36,789 nucleotides of DNA from Gammaproteobacteria bacterium (GCA_031421535.1 JANOOV010000417.1:1-36789); one strand, 5' to 3'; shown: positions 24,196-34,954, numbered from the stretch's first letter. Numbers and translations are program-made. Notes: generated from the letters alone by a model not told the origin.

Positions 24196-26432
24196 TGGCA
24201 AAAGATCACGGCAAAAATATCCGCGACCTGTCCATGCAGGAGCTATTTCAGATTGAGATTGAGACTCAGAGTGAGACTCTTACAGAGGGCTTGCTGAGTC
24301 TGGAAAAGAATCCGCTGCAGCCCCCCGCCATCGAGTCGTTGATGCGCGCCGCGCATTCGCTCAAAGGCGCAGCGCGCCTGATGGGATTGCGCGCCATCGA
24401 GCAGCTCGCGCACGTGCTTGAGGATGTCTTCGTCGCTGCGCAAAAAAATTCCATCGTGATCGGCGCAGATGCCGTCGATGTCTGTTTGCGCGCCGTGGAT
24501 ATGATGCAGCAACTTGCTGCGCGCAAAGAATCCACCGACAGTGTCGAGTCGGAGTCAGGTCTCGATATTATCGTGAATGCACTTGAATCCGTGCGGGAGG
24601 GCGCTGCGTTACCGGCACTGGCACCGCATTCGACGGATCGCAGTATTGATCCGGCGCTGCCGGCTGAGTGGCCTGCGGCGCAGGGGCACGAGCGTGTGCT
24701 GCGGGTCAGCGCCGAACGCCTGAACCGGATTCTCGGCCTGAGCAGCGAGTTGGTGGTGGACGTGCGGCATGCGCAGAAGCAGGTGCGGGCGCTGTTACAG
24801 ATGAAGAAGAAACACGCGGACGTGATGCAGACGCTGGATTTGCTGCGCGCTGCATTGTCGGGTCTTGGCACCCATGAACGCGCACATATTTATCTGGCGC
24901 AGTTGCGCAGGCGTGCGGCCGGTGTCCAGCAACTATTGACCGAGAATCTGGTGGAGGTCGATGCGTTTGATCGGCGTCTGAGCATCACAACCGCGCGCCT
25001 GCATCGCGAAGTGATTTTGACGCGCATGCGGCCCTTGGCCGACGGCGTGCAGGGGTTTGCGCGCATGGTGCGCGACCTGGCACGCGCCACCGGAAAAAAA
25101 GTCGAATTGATTATTCATGGACTGCGCACCGAGATCGACCGTGAAGTGCTGGAAAAACTTGAAGCACCGTTGACGCACCTGATCCGTAATGCGATTGACC
25201 ACGGCATTGAGTTGCCCGAGGAACGACTCACCAACAACAAACCCGAGCACGGCACGGTGCAATTGGCGGCGAGCTACAGCGGCGGCATGCTGCTGATCGT
25301 GCTGGAGGACGATGGTTGCGGCGTGGACTTCGCGCAGCTCAAAAGAAAAATCGTCGAACGTGGATTAAGTCGTGCCGATATGGTCGAACGTCTGAGCGTC
25401 GACGAGCTGGTCGAATTTTTATTTCTGCCGAAATTTTCCATGCGTGATGCGTTGACCGAATTATCCGGTCGCGGCGTCGGTCTGGACGTAGTGCGCGACG
25501 CGGTGCAAGCGCTGGGCGGAACAGTCAAGACCAGCACTCATCCGGGGCGCGGCACGCGGTTTACGTTGCACTTGCCCATTACCCTGTCACTGATGCCGAC
25601 GCTGCTGGTGGAGATCGGGCAGGAAAGTTATGCGTTTCCGTTGGCGCGCATTGACCGGTTGCTGAAGATCTCGGCGGCGCAGGTGCAAACCATTGAGGGC
25701 CATCAATACACCGTGATCGACGGCGACAATGTCGGCCTGGTGGACGCGTGCAGTTTGTTCGGCAAAACCGCCGGGAGCGACGCCCATCCACAGCTTGAAG
25801 TCGTGGTATTAAGTGATCGCCTTAATCGTTACGGTGTGGTGGTGGACCGCATCGTCGGTGAACGGGTGCTGGCGGTGCAAAGCCTGGATCCGCGCATGGG
25901 CAAGGTGCGCGACATCAGCGCGGCGGCCTTGCTGGAAGACGGCACGCCGACCTTGATCATCGACGTCGATGATTTCGTGCGTTCCATCGACGGTGCGCGT
26001 CGCGGCGGCACGCTACAGCACATGGAAGAATGGGCCGATAATCAAAAACGCAGAGTCGAGAAACGCGTGCTGGTGGTCGATGATTCCATCACCGTGCGCG
26101 GCGTGGAAGCCAAGCTGCTTGAGATGCACGGGTACGTGGTGGTCACGGCGGTGGACGGTATGGATGGCTGGAATCGTGTGCGCAGCGAGCGTTTCGATTT
26201 GGTCATTACCGACGTGGATATGCCGCGCATGGATGGTGTCGAGTTGGTTGACATGATCAAGCACGACGCGCAGTTGAAGACCATTCCGGTGATGATCGTC
26301 TCGTACAAAGACCGGCCGGAAGACCGGCAACGCGGGCTGGAGGCAGGTGCAGACTATTATTTGACCAAGGGCAGTTTTCACGACGAAACCTTGATTGACG
26401 CCGTTATCGATCTGATTGGCCGGGCTAAATGA
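24195..26432 (+). CDS. wspE: hybrid CheA histidine kinase with C-terminal receiver (WspE position)
   Basis: Hpt (AAHSLKGAARLMG), HATPase (IRNAIDHGIE, GRGVGLDVV, GRGTRFTL), a CheW-like domain and a receiver (VLVVDDSITVR...LVITDVDMPRMDG...K). Confidence 0.9.
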   Translation: MAKDHGKNIRDLSMQELFQIEIETQSETLTEGLLSLEKNPLQPPAIESLMRAAHSLKGAARLMGLRAIEQLAHVLEDVFVAAQKNSIVIGADAVDVCLRAVDMMQQLAARKESTDSVESESGLDIIVNALESVREGAALPALAPHSTDRSIDPALPAEWPAAQGHERVLRVSAERLNRILGLSSELVVDVRHAQKQVRALLQMKKKHADVMQTLDLLRAALSGLGTHERAHIYLAQLRRRAAGVQQLLTENLVEVDAFDRRLSITTARLHREVILTRMRPLADGVQGFARMVRDLARATGKKVELIIHGLRTEIDREVLEKLEAPLTHLIRNAIDHGIELPEERLTNNKPEHGTVQLAASYSGGMLLIVLEDDGCGVDFAQLKRKIVERGLSRADMVERLSVDELVEFLFLPKFSMRDALTELSGRGVGLDVVRDAVQALGGTVKTSTHPGRGTRFTLHLPITLSLMPTLLVEIGQESYAFPLARIDRLLKISAAQVQTIEGHQYTVIDGDNVGLVDACSLFGKTAGSDAHPQLEVVVLSDRLNRYGVVVDRIVGERVLAVQSLDPRMGKVRDISAAALLEDGTPTLIIDVDDFVRSIDGARRGGTLQHMEEWADNQKRRVEKRVLVVDDSITVRGVEAKLLEMHGYVVVTAVDGMDGWNRVRSERFDLVITDVDMPRMDGVELVDMIKHDAQLKTIPVMIVSYKDRPEDRQRGLEAGADYYLTKGSFHDETLIDAVIDLIGRAK

Positions 26433-27460
26433 AAATCGCAATCGTTAACGACATGTTCATGGCGGCGGAAGCGTTACGGCGCGCGGTCGTGACCAATACC
26501 GATCATCGCGTGATATGGATCGCCGAGAACGGGCGGGACGCCGTGGCGCGCTGCGCGACCGATCTGCCGGATCTGATCCTGATGGATTTGATCATGCCGG
26601 AAATGGACGGTGTGGAAGCGACGCGACGCATCATGGCCGCTACGCCGTGCGCTATTTTGATCGTAACCGCGTCGGTGGATGGCAACGCCGCGCAAGTGTT
26701 CGCGGCAATGGGTTGCGGCGCACTGGATGCGACCAACACACCGCTGTTGGGAACCCAGGGCAATGAGGCGGGCCGCGCGGAACTGCTCGCCAAACTCAAA
26801 ATCATTGAAATGCTGATTCGGCCGCGCCGTGTGCCGTCGGAACAACCCAAGGCCCTGCGGGCCAACGCACGGCCGCCGGCCGGTTATCAGCTGGTCGCAA
26901 TCGGCGCGTCGTCAGGCGGGCCGTCGGCGTTGATGACAATACTGGCCGCCTTGCCGACGGATTTTCCATTACCCATTGTCGTCATACAGCATGTGGACGC
27001 GCAATTTGCACCTGAATTGGTGGCCTGGCTGGGCACTCACACGGCGCTGAAAGTACGCGTTGCAAAATCTGACGTGCGCCTTGAGCCGGGTGTTGTCTAC
27101 GTCGCGGCGCGCGACGCGCATCTGGTGCTTAATGGCTGGGGCGCCCTGAGTTACAGTGCACAACCGCAGGATTTGCCGTATCGACCGTCGATTGATGTAT
27201 TTTTCAACAGTGTGCAGCAATATGGTCGTGGCTGCTGCATCGCGATTCTGTTAACCGGGATGGGGCGTGACGGCGCCGAGGGGTTATTGCATTTGCGCCG
27301 CGACGGACATCTCACCATTGCGCAGGATCAGGCGACGTGCGCCGTGTACGGAATGCCGCGCGCGGCGGCTGAGCTGGATGCGGCCGTCCATGTGCTGCCG
27401 TTACTTGATATTGCACCGTTCGTGATGCGCAGTGTAACTCCGGAGGAAAAAACACCATGA
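26429..27460 (+). CDS. wspF: CheB-type methylesterase with receiver domain (WspF position)
   Basis: Receiver DLILMDLIMPEMDG. The esterase domain has AIGASSGGP, VIQHVDAQF and LTGMGRDGAEG. ATGA overlap at both ends. Confidence 0.9.
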   Translation: MKIAIVNDMFMAAEALRRAVVTNTDHRVIWIAENGRDAVARCATDLPDLILMDLIMPEMDGVEATRRIMAATPCAILIVTASVDGNAAQVFAAMGCGALDATNTPLLGTQGNEAGRAELLAKLKIIEMLIRPRRVPSEQPKALRANARPPAGYQLVAIGASSGGPSALMTILAALPTDFPLPIVVIQHVDAQFAPELVAWLGTHTALKVRVAKSDVRLEPGVVYVAARDAHLVLNGWGALSYSAQPQDLPYRPSIDVFFNSVQQYGRGCCIAILLTGMGRDGAEGLLHLRRDGHLTIAQDQATCAVYGMPRAAAELDAAVHVLPLLDIAPFVMRSVTPEEKTP

Positions 27461-28524
27461 GCGAAATCGACGAGCCTCTTGTGATTGCTGCGACGGATGC
27501 AAAATGCATCGTGCTGCTGGTGGATGACCAAGTCATGATCGGTGAAGCCCTGCGGCGTATGCTGGCGGATGAGGCCGACATCGAGTACCACTATTGTCAA
27601 GCGGCGAATCAGGCGCTGACGATGGCGGCGCAGTTAAGGCCTACGGTGATCTTGCAGGATATTGTCATGCCCGAGTCCGACGGGCTGAGTTTGCTGAAAG
27701 AATATCGTGCGGCGCCGCACACGCGCGCGGTGCCGGTCATCATGTTATCGACGCGTGATGACCCGCGTTACAAAAGCCAGGCCTTTGCCGCCGGGGCCAG
27801 CGATTATCTGGTAAAAATCCCTGATCAGATCGAGTTGATCGCACGGATTCGCGCGCATTCGCGCAGCTATCTGGCGCACGAACAACGCGACGCAGCCTTC
27901 AGGCAGTTGCACGTGCTGCAGCGCGAGCTCGAAGCCAGCAACCGCGAGCTGCACCGCATTTCCTGTCAGGACGGATTGACCGGTATTTTCAACCGCCGCC
28001 ATTTCGATACCTACCTTGATCAGGAATGGGCGCGCGCGCTGCGTGAAGGATCAAACATCGCGCTGGTGATCGCCGACATCGACTATTTCAAGGCGTACAA
28101 CGATCACTACGGCCATCCCGCCGGGGACGAATGTTTGCAAAATGTCGCACGTGTGTTCCGCGAGGTGCTGCAGCGCCCCGGCGATCTTGCCGCACGTTAT
28201 GGCGGCGAAGAGTTTGTGATGGTGTTGCCCAAGACCGATCTGGAGGGCGCCGCCGTGATTGCCGAGTCCGTGCGCGCGCGCGTCGAACGACTTAACATTG
28301 CGCACGAATTTTCCAAGGCGGCAAATTACGTCACCCTGAGTGCAGGAGTTGCGACGGTGCGTCCCAACCCACGCATGCGTCCGCCCGAGCTGGTGGGATT
28401 AGCCGACAAGGCGCTGTACCAGGCCAAGCAGGCTGGACGTAATCGCTGTGAGCAGGCACGTAACAATCAGGATGAACTCGCGATGCTGCATAACCGCAAT
28501 ACCAAGCCCGACGCGGACAGCTAG
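27457..28524 (+). CDS. wspR: response regulator-diguanylate cyclase (REC-GGDEF, WspR position)
   Basis: Receiver VILQDIVMPESDG, a coiled-coil linker, then DGLTGIFNRRHFD, an RPGD I-site directly upstream of ARYGGEEFVMVLP, and ADKALYQAKQAGRNR. Confidence 0.9.
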   Translation: MSEIDEPLVIAATDAKCIVLLVDDQVMIGEALRRMLADEADIEYHYCQAANQALTMAAQLRPTVILQDIVMPESDGLSLLKEYRAAPHTRAVPVIMLSTRDDPRYKSQAFAAGASDYLVKIPDQIELIARIRAHSRSYLAHEQRDAAFRQLHVLQRELEASNRELHRISCQDGLTGIFNRRHFDTYLDQEWARALREGSNIALVIADIDYFKAYNDHYGHPAGDECLQNVARVFREVLQRPGDLAARYGGEEFVMVLPKTDLEGAAVIAESVRARVERLNIAHEFSKAANYVTLSAGVATVRPNPRMRPPELVGLADKALYQAKQAGRNRCEQARNNQDELAMLHNRNTKPDADS

Positions 28525-28859
28525 CTAAATCGATTCAGGGGATTCACGGCAATGAATAACAGGCGACTACAACTTGAAGCGCCACAAAAAAGAGCTTGTG
28601 CGAGTGTGTGCCGTAATGGCATTGGGCCTGTTCGCTCGGCGCACACGACGAAGCCACGGAATTAAGCGACGTCGATGCTGACGCGGTGTATGCAATCTGC
28701 AATAAACACCTCCCGGTGTTGATAGTGCCGATGATCGCCGACTTGAAATTCTGACCCGTGTGGTTACTTCTTCACATCGTCGTTGCAGCCCCTTGCTGCA
28801 CATGGGGCGTGGCATATTTTCTGCACCGGCTACAAGGCAGGCGTCGAGGAAGGTCATCC

Positions 28860-29141
28860 ATGAAAGAGCTCACCGAATGCAAGAATCTTTATGGTCCATT
28901 GCCGGAGCGTGACATGCGCATGTTGATCAGCATGGTGCACCAGCCCTCCAGCGAGATTTGGGAGCTGGCGCGCCGTGTGGTGATTTCAGCCGCACCGGTG
29001 ATGACGCTGGATATGGCTGTCAAGCTGGTGGCCCCACCCAATCTTGGCGATGTTCCCGATGCCTTCACGGTGCGGCGCGCGATCCGCTATGCAGTGCGTG
29101 CGCAAAAAGGACGACGCGGACGCCAACCGCACTGGCGCTAG
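28860..29141 (+). CDS. hypothetical protein (93 aa, basic C-terminus), no family recognised
   Basis: ATG 28860 is preceded by GAGGAAGG. The sequence is MKELTECKNLYGPLPERDMRMLISMVHQPSSEIWELARRVV...KGRRGRQPHWR. It lies in an AT-richer stretch. Confidence 0.4.
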   Translation: MKELTECKNLYGPLPERDMRMLISMVHQPSSEIWELARRVVISAAPVMTLDMAVKLVAPPNLGDVPDAFTVRRAIRYAVRAQKGRRGRQPHWR

Positions 29142-29519
29142 ATTTATCCTGTGCGTCGTTAACACGACACCTGCATACACCCGCTGTCGGGAATCAGACG
29201 TTCCAAGTTTCGCTTACCCCCGCGCTTTTTTGTAAATGCTGCCGTTTCCAGTGTGGTGCTTCGTAAATCATACGGAGCCGAATAACCACGTGCTTATCAC
29301 TGCCGGTGAATTCGCTGGATGAATTTACTATATGAATTCTGCATTAACTTCTGCGTTTGATCGGCGATAACCAAAGTGAGGGGCGCCGGTGTGTGACGCT
29401 CGTCAAACTCATAAAGAATACTTGAGTCAAAATTGGACGAGATGCCATGAGCATTGTAAAGTTTGCACCGTCCGCGCCAAGCAAACCGCAGGACATTTAT
29501 TTGCCGGGGTGAGAACGTC

Positions 29520-30095
29520 GTGTCGCAAATTAAACTTGCTGTGATATTCAGCCTGGCCGCACTGGCGCCGCTGTCGGTGCAGGCGAATAAAGATTCCGAG
29601 GGCACCCATGTTGACCGCAACGCGATTGAGATTGTCACGACGGCATTCGGGCTTTCGCGGCTGACGCAATATTCCGCCAACCGGAATGCGCTGGGTGTGG
29701 CTTGGGCACGTTACTTTGGCATGGAAGCGTCTTACTTCGATTTGGGAAATTCAAAATTTGCAAAGAGTCGGGTTGCGGAAAACGATGCTGCGGAAAATGT
29801 CGGCGGACGCATCGATCTCAAACTCGCCGTGGATTTATCAGCGCGACTGGGTGCAGGCTCACGCCTGTACAGTCGCGTTGGCGTGTATGTGTGGGATGTT
29901 GACGTCAACTATAACCGTGTCACGAATAAATGGGATGCGTCACGCGGTGGCAACAGTCAGATGGTTGGTGTGGGCGCCGCGTACGGCGAAGCGGCGATGC
30001 GTGTCAGTGTTGAGCTGGAACAGTTGAACGCGAATTCCGCTATTACCCACCGCGACCAGCAGCGCCTGTTGTTTAACGTATCTTCGAAATTCTAG
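29520..30095 (+). CDS. small outer-membrane beta-barrel protein (191 aa)
   Basis: GTG 29520 gives the signal peptide VSQIKLAVIFSLAALAPLSVQA|NKD. The body has alternating hydrophobic beta-strand patterns and the protein ends in Phe (LLFNVSSKF). Confidence 0.6.
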   Translation: MSQIKLAVIFSLAALAPLSVQANKDSEGTHVDRNAIEIVTTAFGLSRLTQYSANRNALGVAWARYFGMEASYFDLGNSKFAKSRVAENDAAENVGGRIDLKLAVDLSARLGAGSRLYSRVGVYVWDVDVNYNRVTNKWDASRGGNSQMVGVGAAYGEAAMRVSVELEQLNANSAITHRDQQRLLFNVSSKF

Positions 30096-30112
30096 TTTCG
30101 GTAACCGTCTTC

Positions 30113-31606
30113 TTACACCTTGCACTCGTGAGTCACTTCAATTTTCCCGTCCTCGTAAACGGTTTCCAGTCGCACTGTAAATCCCCATAAACGGGTAACG
30201 TGTTTGAGCATCTCGTCGGTCGAGTCCGCCAGCGGGCGACGCGTGTGCCGTACATGTCGCAAAGTCAGCGCACGATCACCACGACGATTGACGTTGTAGA
30301 CCTGGATATCCGGTTCGTTATTGCTGAGGTTGTATTGTTCGGACAGTGCGCTGCGCACCGCGCGATAGCCTTCCTCGTTATGGATCGACGTAACTTCCAG
30401 CGCACTTTTCTTGTCGTCATCGACGATTGCAAACAAGCGCATGTCGCGCATGACTTTGGGCGACAGATATTGAGCGATGAAGCTTTCATCCTTGAAATTG
30501 CGCATCGCGAAATCCAACGTTTTGTGCCAATCACTGCCCGCGATTTCAGGAAACCAATGACGGTCTTCGCTGGTTGGATGTTCGCAGATGCGGCGCAAAT
30601 CGCGGTAGAGCGCAAAGCCCAAGGCATAGACATTGATGCCGCTGTAGTGCTGGCTGTCGAAGGGCGGTTGGTACACGACATTGGTATGGGATTGTAAAAA
30701 TTCCACCATGTAGCCGTCGCTGAGCAAGCCCTCGTCGTACATTTGATTAAGAATGGTGTAGTGCCAGAACGTGGCCCAGCCTTCATTCATGACCTGGGTT
30801 TGCCGCTGTGGATAAAAATACTGCGCGATTTTGCGCACGATGCGTACGATCTCGCGCTGCCACGGGGTTAGTAGGGGCGCGTTCTTTTCAATAAAATACA
30901 GCAGATTTTCCTGTGGCTCAGGCGGAAAGCGTTCTTCCCCGGATTGATTCGGGTCGGCGACTTTCACCGGAATGGTTTTCCATAGATCGTTAATCTGTCG
31001 CTGCATGTACTCTTCACGATCCTTCTGCCGCAACTGCTCCTTGTTGGTCGACAATTTGGGCGGGCGCTTGTAGCGGTCTACGCCATAGTTCATGAGTGCA
31101 TGGCAAGAATCCAGAATGTCTTCGACGGCGGTCAGTCCGTAGCGTTTTTCGCATTCGGCGATGTATTTTTTCGCGAACAGTAAATAGTCAACAATGGCGT
31201 CTGCGCTGGTCCAGGTGGTGAACAGGTAATTATTTTTGAAGAACGAGTTGTGGCCGTAGGCGGCGTGCGCGATCACCAGGGCCTGCATCATCATGGTGTT
31301 TTCTTCCATCAAATAGCAGATGCAAGGATTGGAATTGATGACGATTTCGTAGGCCAAACCCATTTGCCCGCGCCGGTAACGCTGCTCGGTGGACAGAAAA
31401 TGTTTGCCGAATGACCAATGGTGGTAATACACCGGCATGCCGATGGAGGCGTACGCGTCCATCATCTGCTCAGCGCTGATGATCTCGATTTGAATCGGGA
31501 ACGTGCTCAAGCCGAAGTTGCCTGCGACACGCGCAATTTCATCGTTGTACGTGGCGATGAGTTCGCGGGTCCATTCGGATGATTCGGACAGGAGTTTGCG
31601 TTTCAT
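30113..31606 (-). CDS. ycgB: SpoVR-family protein (YcgB homologue)
   Basis: The 497-aa protein (...[16 protein letters not shown]...[11 protein letters not shown]...) is the third gene of the conserved prkA-yeaH-ycgB unit. ATGA overlap with yeaH. Confidence 0.88.
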   Translation of the reverse strand: MKRKLLSESSEWTRELIATYNDEIARVAGNFGLSTFPIQIEIISAEQMMDAYASIGMPVYYHHWSFGKHFLSTEQRYRRGQMGLAYEIVINSNPCICYLMEENTMMMQALVIAHAAYGHNSFFKNNYLFTTWTSADAIVDYLLFAKKYIAECEKRYGLTAVEDILDSCHALMNYGVDRYKRPPKLSTNKEQLRQKDREEYMQRQINDLWKTIPVKVADPNQSGEERFPPEPQENLLYFIEKNAPLLTPWQREIVRIVRKIAQYFYPQRQTQVMNEGWATFWHYTILNQMYDEGLLSDGYMVEFLQSHTNVVYQPPFDSQHYSGINVYALGFALYRDLRRICEHPTSEDRHWFPEIAGSDWHKTLDFAMRNFKDESFIAQYLSPKVMRDMRLFAIVDDDKKSALEVTSIHNEEGYRAVRSALSEQYNLSNNEPDIQVYNVNRRGDRALTLRHVRHTRRPLADSTDEMLKHVTRLWGFTVRLETVYEDGKIEVTHECKV

Positions 31607-32865
31607 GCGACCTGCTTTTTAAATAATTCGCGGAACACCGGATAGATTTCACCAATGTCTTCGATGCGCTGCATAGCGAAGTTTTCACACACGGTCTTGA
31701 CGTTCAGATATTCGCGCCACAGGTTTTGCGGATTCTCGTTGGTAATTTCAATGTAGGCGAAATACTGCACCAGCGGGGCAATCTGGTTGATCAGAATATC
31801 GCGGCAGATGGGCGAGTCGTCGTTCCAATTGTCGCCATCCGACGCCTGTGCGGCGTAGATATTCCAGTCGGCCGTCGGGTAACGCTCGGTGACGATTTCA
31901 TGCATGAGTTTCAACGCGCTCGACACCACGGTGCCGCCGGTTTCACGGGAGTAAAAAAAATCTTCTTCGCTGACTTCTTTCGCTACCGTGTGATGGGAGA
32001 TAAATACCAGCTCGATTTTTTCGTAAGTGCGGGTCAGAAACAGATATAGCAGGATAAAAAACCGCTTCGCGATATCTTTCTTGGCCTGATCCATCGAACC
32101 GGAGATGTCCATGATGCAGAACATCACCGCCTGTGTGGTCGGCTTGGGAATATCCACGCGGCTATTGAAGCGCAAGTCAAACGGATCAATGAACGGAATG
32201 ATAGTGATGCGCCGTCGTTCTTCATCCATTTCATTTTTGATGCGCTGCACGCGTGGATCATCCGCGCCGCACACCAGCAACAAGCCTTGCAATTCGGCGT
32301 CGAGTTCTTCCAGGCGCTTTTGATGCGGCGTGCGCAGCGCGATACGTCGCGACATGGCGCCGCGCATCGAGCGCACGATATTGATGTTTGAAGGATTGCC
32401 GGTATGCGTGTGGCCGGCGCGCACTTTGCGCACATCGGGGATCTTGGCGATATTGGTCTTGACTAGGTTCGGCAGTTCGAGATCTTCAAAAAAGAATTCG
32501 AGAAATTCTTCTTTGGAAAGCTGGAATACAAATTCATCCATGCCTTCGCCGCTGTTGCTGGCTTGCTTGCCGCGACCCTTGCCGCCGCCATTGGGGCGCG
32601 GGATGGTGTCGCCCCGGATGAATTCACGATTGCCCGGATGCACGGCCTCACGCATGCCGCCCGAGCCATGCCGGAAGGTGGGTTCGGAAATGTCCTTGGA
32701 CGGAATCGAGATGGCTTCGCCTTTTTCAATCTCGGTGATCGAACGCCCGGCAATGGCCTCGGCCACCGCTTTCTTGATTTGGGTGCGATAGCGTTCGATG
32801 AAACGGCGACGATTCACCGCGCTTTTATTTTTGCCGTTAAGTCGCCGATCAATGATTTGCGCCAC
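31603..32865 (-). CDS. yeaH: YeaH/DUF444 (vWA-like) protein
   Basis: [19 protein letters not shown]... parallels the E. coli YeaH N-terminus as I recall it. GTG 32865 has a GAGG RBS 9 nt upstream, and TTG 32880 is the ORF-track alternative. Confidence 0.85.
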   Translation of the reverse strand: MAQIIDRRLNGKNKSAVNRRRFIERYRTQIKKAVAEAIAGRSITEIEKGEAISIPSKDISEPTFRHGSGGMREAVHPGNREFIRGDTIPRPNGGGKGRGKQASNSGEGMDEFVFQLSKEEFLEFFFEDLELPNLVKTNIAKIPDVRKVRAGHTHTGNPSNINIVRSMRGAMSRRIALRTPHQKRLEELDAELQGLLLVCGADDPRVQRIKNEMDEERRRITIIPFIDPFDLRFNSRVDIPKPTTQAVMFCIMDISGSMDQAKKDIAKRFFILLYLFLTRTYEKIELVFISHHTVAKEVSEEDFFYSRETGGTVVSSALKLMHEIVTERYPTADWNIYAAQASDGDNWNDDSPICRDILINQIAPLVQYFAYIEITNENPQNLWREYLNVKTVCENFAMQRIEDIGEIYPVFRELFKKQVA

Positions 32866-32922
32866 AACGTCTGACCTCAATGACGGGTCCGGGGAATCAA
32901 GCTGCCAGTATCGCCGCCGTCG

Positions 32923-34845
32923 TTACGATGACTTGCGTACGCGCAGGTACCATTCACAAAGCAATCGCACCTGTTTTTGCGTGTAGCCGCACTTCATCAT
33001 GCGCTCGACGAAATCCTGGTGTTTTTTCTGATCGTCGCCGGAGCCTTTGGCGTTGAACGAAATGACCGGGAGCAAGTCCTCGGTGTTGGAGAACATTTTT
33101 TTCTCGATGACCGTGCGCAGTTTTTCGTAGCTGGTCCACTTGGGATTTTTGCCATCGTTGTTGGCGCGCGCGCGCAACACGAAGTTGACGATCTCGTTGC
33201 GGAAATCTTTTGGGTTGCTGATGCCCGCCGGTTTTTCGATTTTCTCCAGCTCTTCATTGAGCGCACCGCGATCAAACACTTCGCCGGTGTCGGGGTCGCG
33301 ATACTCCTCGTCTTGAATCCAGTAATCCGCGTAAGTCACGTAGCGGTCGAAAATGTTCTGGCCGTATTCGGAATACGATTCCAGATACGCGGTCTGTATT
33401 TCCTTGCCGATGAATTCAATGTAACGCGGCGACAGATAGCCCTTCATATAAGACAGATACTTCTCTTCCATTTCCGGCGCGAACTGCTCGCGTTCAATTT
33501 GCTGCTCCAGCACGTAGAGCAGGTGTACCGGATTCGCCGCCACTTCGGTGTTATCGAAATTGAAAACTTTCGACAGAATCTTGAACGCGAAGCGCGTCGA
33601 TAAACCGGTCATGCCTTCGTCAACACCGGCGTAGTCGCGATACTCCTGATACGACTTCGCATTCGGATCGGTGTCTTTCAGGCTCTCGCCGTCGTAGACG
33701 CGCATCTTGGAATACATGTTGGAATTTTCCGGTTCCTTGATGCGCGACAACACGGCGAATTGCGCCATCATCTCCAGCGTGCCGCGTGCGCACGGAGCAT
33801 TGGCAAGATTGCTGTTGGTCACCAGCTTTTGATAAATTTTTACTTCTTCCGACGCGCGCAGGCAGTACGGGACCTTGACAATATAAATGCGGTCGAGGAA
33901 CGCTTCGTTGTTCTTGTTGTTCTTGAACGTCACCCATTCCGATTCGTTGGAATGCGCCAGAATAATGCCTTCGAACGGAATCGCCGACAGACCTTCGGTG
34001 CCTTTGTAATTGCCTTCCTGCGTCGCGGTCAATAACGGATGCAGCACCTTGATCGGCGCCTTGAACATTTCGACGAATTCGAGCAGACCGCGATTGGCTT
34101 TGCATAACCCGCCCGAGTAGCTATAGGCATCGGCATCGTCTTGTGAAAATTTCTCCAGCATGCGGATGTCGACTTTTCCGACCAGCGAGGAAATGTCCTG
34201 GTTGTTCTCATCGCCGGGTTCGGTTTTGGCCACTGCAATCTGCTGCAACTGCGACGGACGCACCTTAACGACTTTAAATTTGGTGATGTCGCCGTTGTGT
34301 TCGTGCAAGCGCTTCATCGCCCACGGCGACATGATCATATTAAGGTAGCGGCGGGGGATGCCGTAATCCTCTTCGAGAATTTCGCCGTCTTCAGTAGGTG
34401 AAAATAATCCCAGCGGCGATTCGTAAATCGGCGAGCCTTTGATGGCGTAGAAATGGACGTGCTCCACCAGCGCCTTGAGCTTCTCCGCAAGTGACGACTT
34501 GCCGCCGCCGACCGGCCCCAGCAGATACAAAATCTGTTTTCTTTCTTCGAGACCTTGTGCGGCGTGTTTGAAAAACGACACGATTTGCTCGATGACGTCT
34601 TCCATTCCGTAAAATTCGCGGAACGCCGGGTAAATTTTTAGAACCTTGTTCGAGAACAGGCGACTCATGCGTGTATCGTTGCGCGTATCGACCATCTCCG
34701 GCTCGCCGATGGCTTTGAGCATGCGCTCTGCCGGCGTGGCGAATGCGGTCGGATCGGATTTGCAGAGTTGCAAATACTCCTGAATGGTTAACTCTTCTTC
34801 CTTCGCCTCTTCATACCGGGCTATGTAATGACTAAAGATGCTCAT
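32923..34845 (-). CDS. prkA: PrkA-family serine protein kinase (YeaG homologue)
   Basis: ATG 34845 has a GGAGGG RBS. MSIFSHYIARYEEAKEEELTIQEYL parallels the YeaG N-terminus, and a GPVGGGKSS P-loop is present. The upstream 24 codons of ORF 32923..34917 were discarded. Confidence 0.92.
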   Translation of the reverse strand: MSIFSHYIARYEEAKEEELTIQEYLQLCKSDPTAFATPAERMLKAIGEPEMVDTRNDTRMSRLFSNKVLKIYPAFREFYGMEDVIEQIVSFFKHAAQGLEERKQILYLLGPVGGGKSSLAEKLKALVEHVHFYAIKGSPIYESPLGLFSPTEDGEILEEDYGIPRRYLNMIMSPWAMKRLHEHNGDITKFKVVKVRPSQLQQIAVAKTEPGDENNQDISSLVGKVDIRMLEKFSQDDADAYSYSGGLCKANRGLLEFVEMFKAPIKVLHPLLTATQEGNYKGTEGLSAIPFEGIILAHSNESEWVTFKNNKNNEAFLDRIYIVKVPYCLRASEEVKIYQKLVTNSNLANAPCARGTLEMMAQFAVLSRIKEPENSNMYSKMRVYDGESLKDTDPNAKSYQEYRDYAGVDEGMTGLSTRFAFKILSKVFNFDNTEVAANPVHLLYVLEQQIEREQFAPEMEEKYLSYMKGYLSPRYIEFIGKEIQTAYLESYSEYGQNIFDRYVTYADYWIQDEEYRDPDTGEVFDRGALNEELEKIEKPAGISNPKDFRNEIVNFVLRARANNDGKNPKWTSYEKLRTVIEKKMFSNTEDLLPVISFNAKGSGDDQKKHQDFVERMMKCGYTQKQVRLLCEWYLRVRKSS

Positions 34846-34938
34846 GGTGCTCGCCCTCCGACTGTCACTGTAAGCAATGGTGTATGTGCTGGTGTCCTTA
34901 TTACTGATAGCAGACACAAGCGACGTTCAATAAATTTT

Positions 34939-34954
34939 AGCAAGAACCAAGCCA
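34939..34954 (-). promoter_or_regulatory. sigma54 (-24/-12) promoter for prkA-yeaH-ycgB
   Basis: The minus strand reads cTGGCttggttcTTGCTa, with GG and GC separated by exactly 10 nt as in the TGGCAC-N5-TTGCW consensus. It lies about 90 nt upstream of the prkA ATG. Confidence 0.6.

Noticed and set aside
28567-28857. 96-aa minus-strand ORF downstream of wspR
   Set aside because: It is extremely Arg-rich (RRLIPWLRRVRRANR...), has no RBS and is antisense to the leader of the 93-aa ORF. It is probably non-coding.
29297-29680. 127-aa minus-strand ORF
   Set aside because: It overlaps the start and signal peptide of the better-supported plus-strand OMP gene. It has no plausible internal start or RBS.
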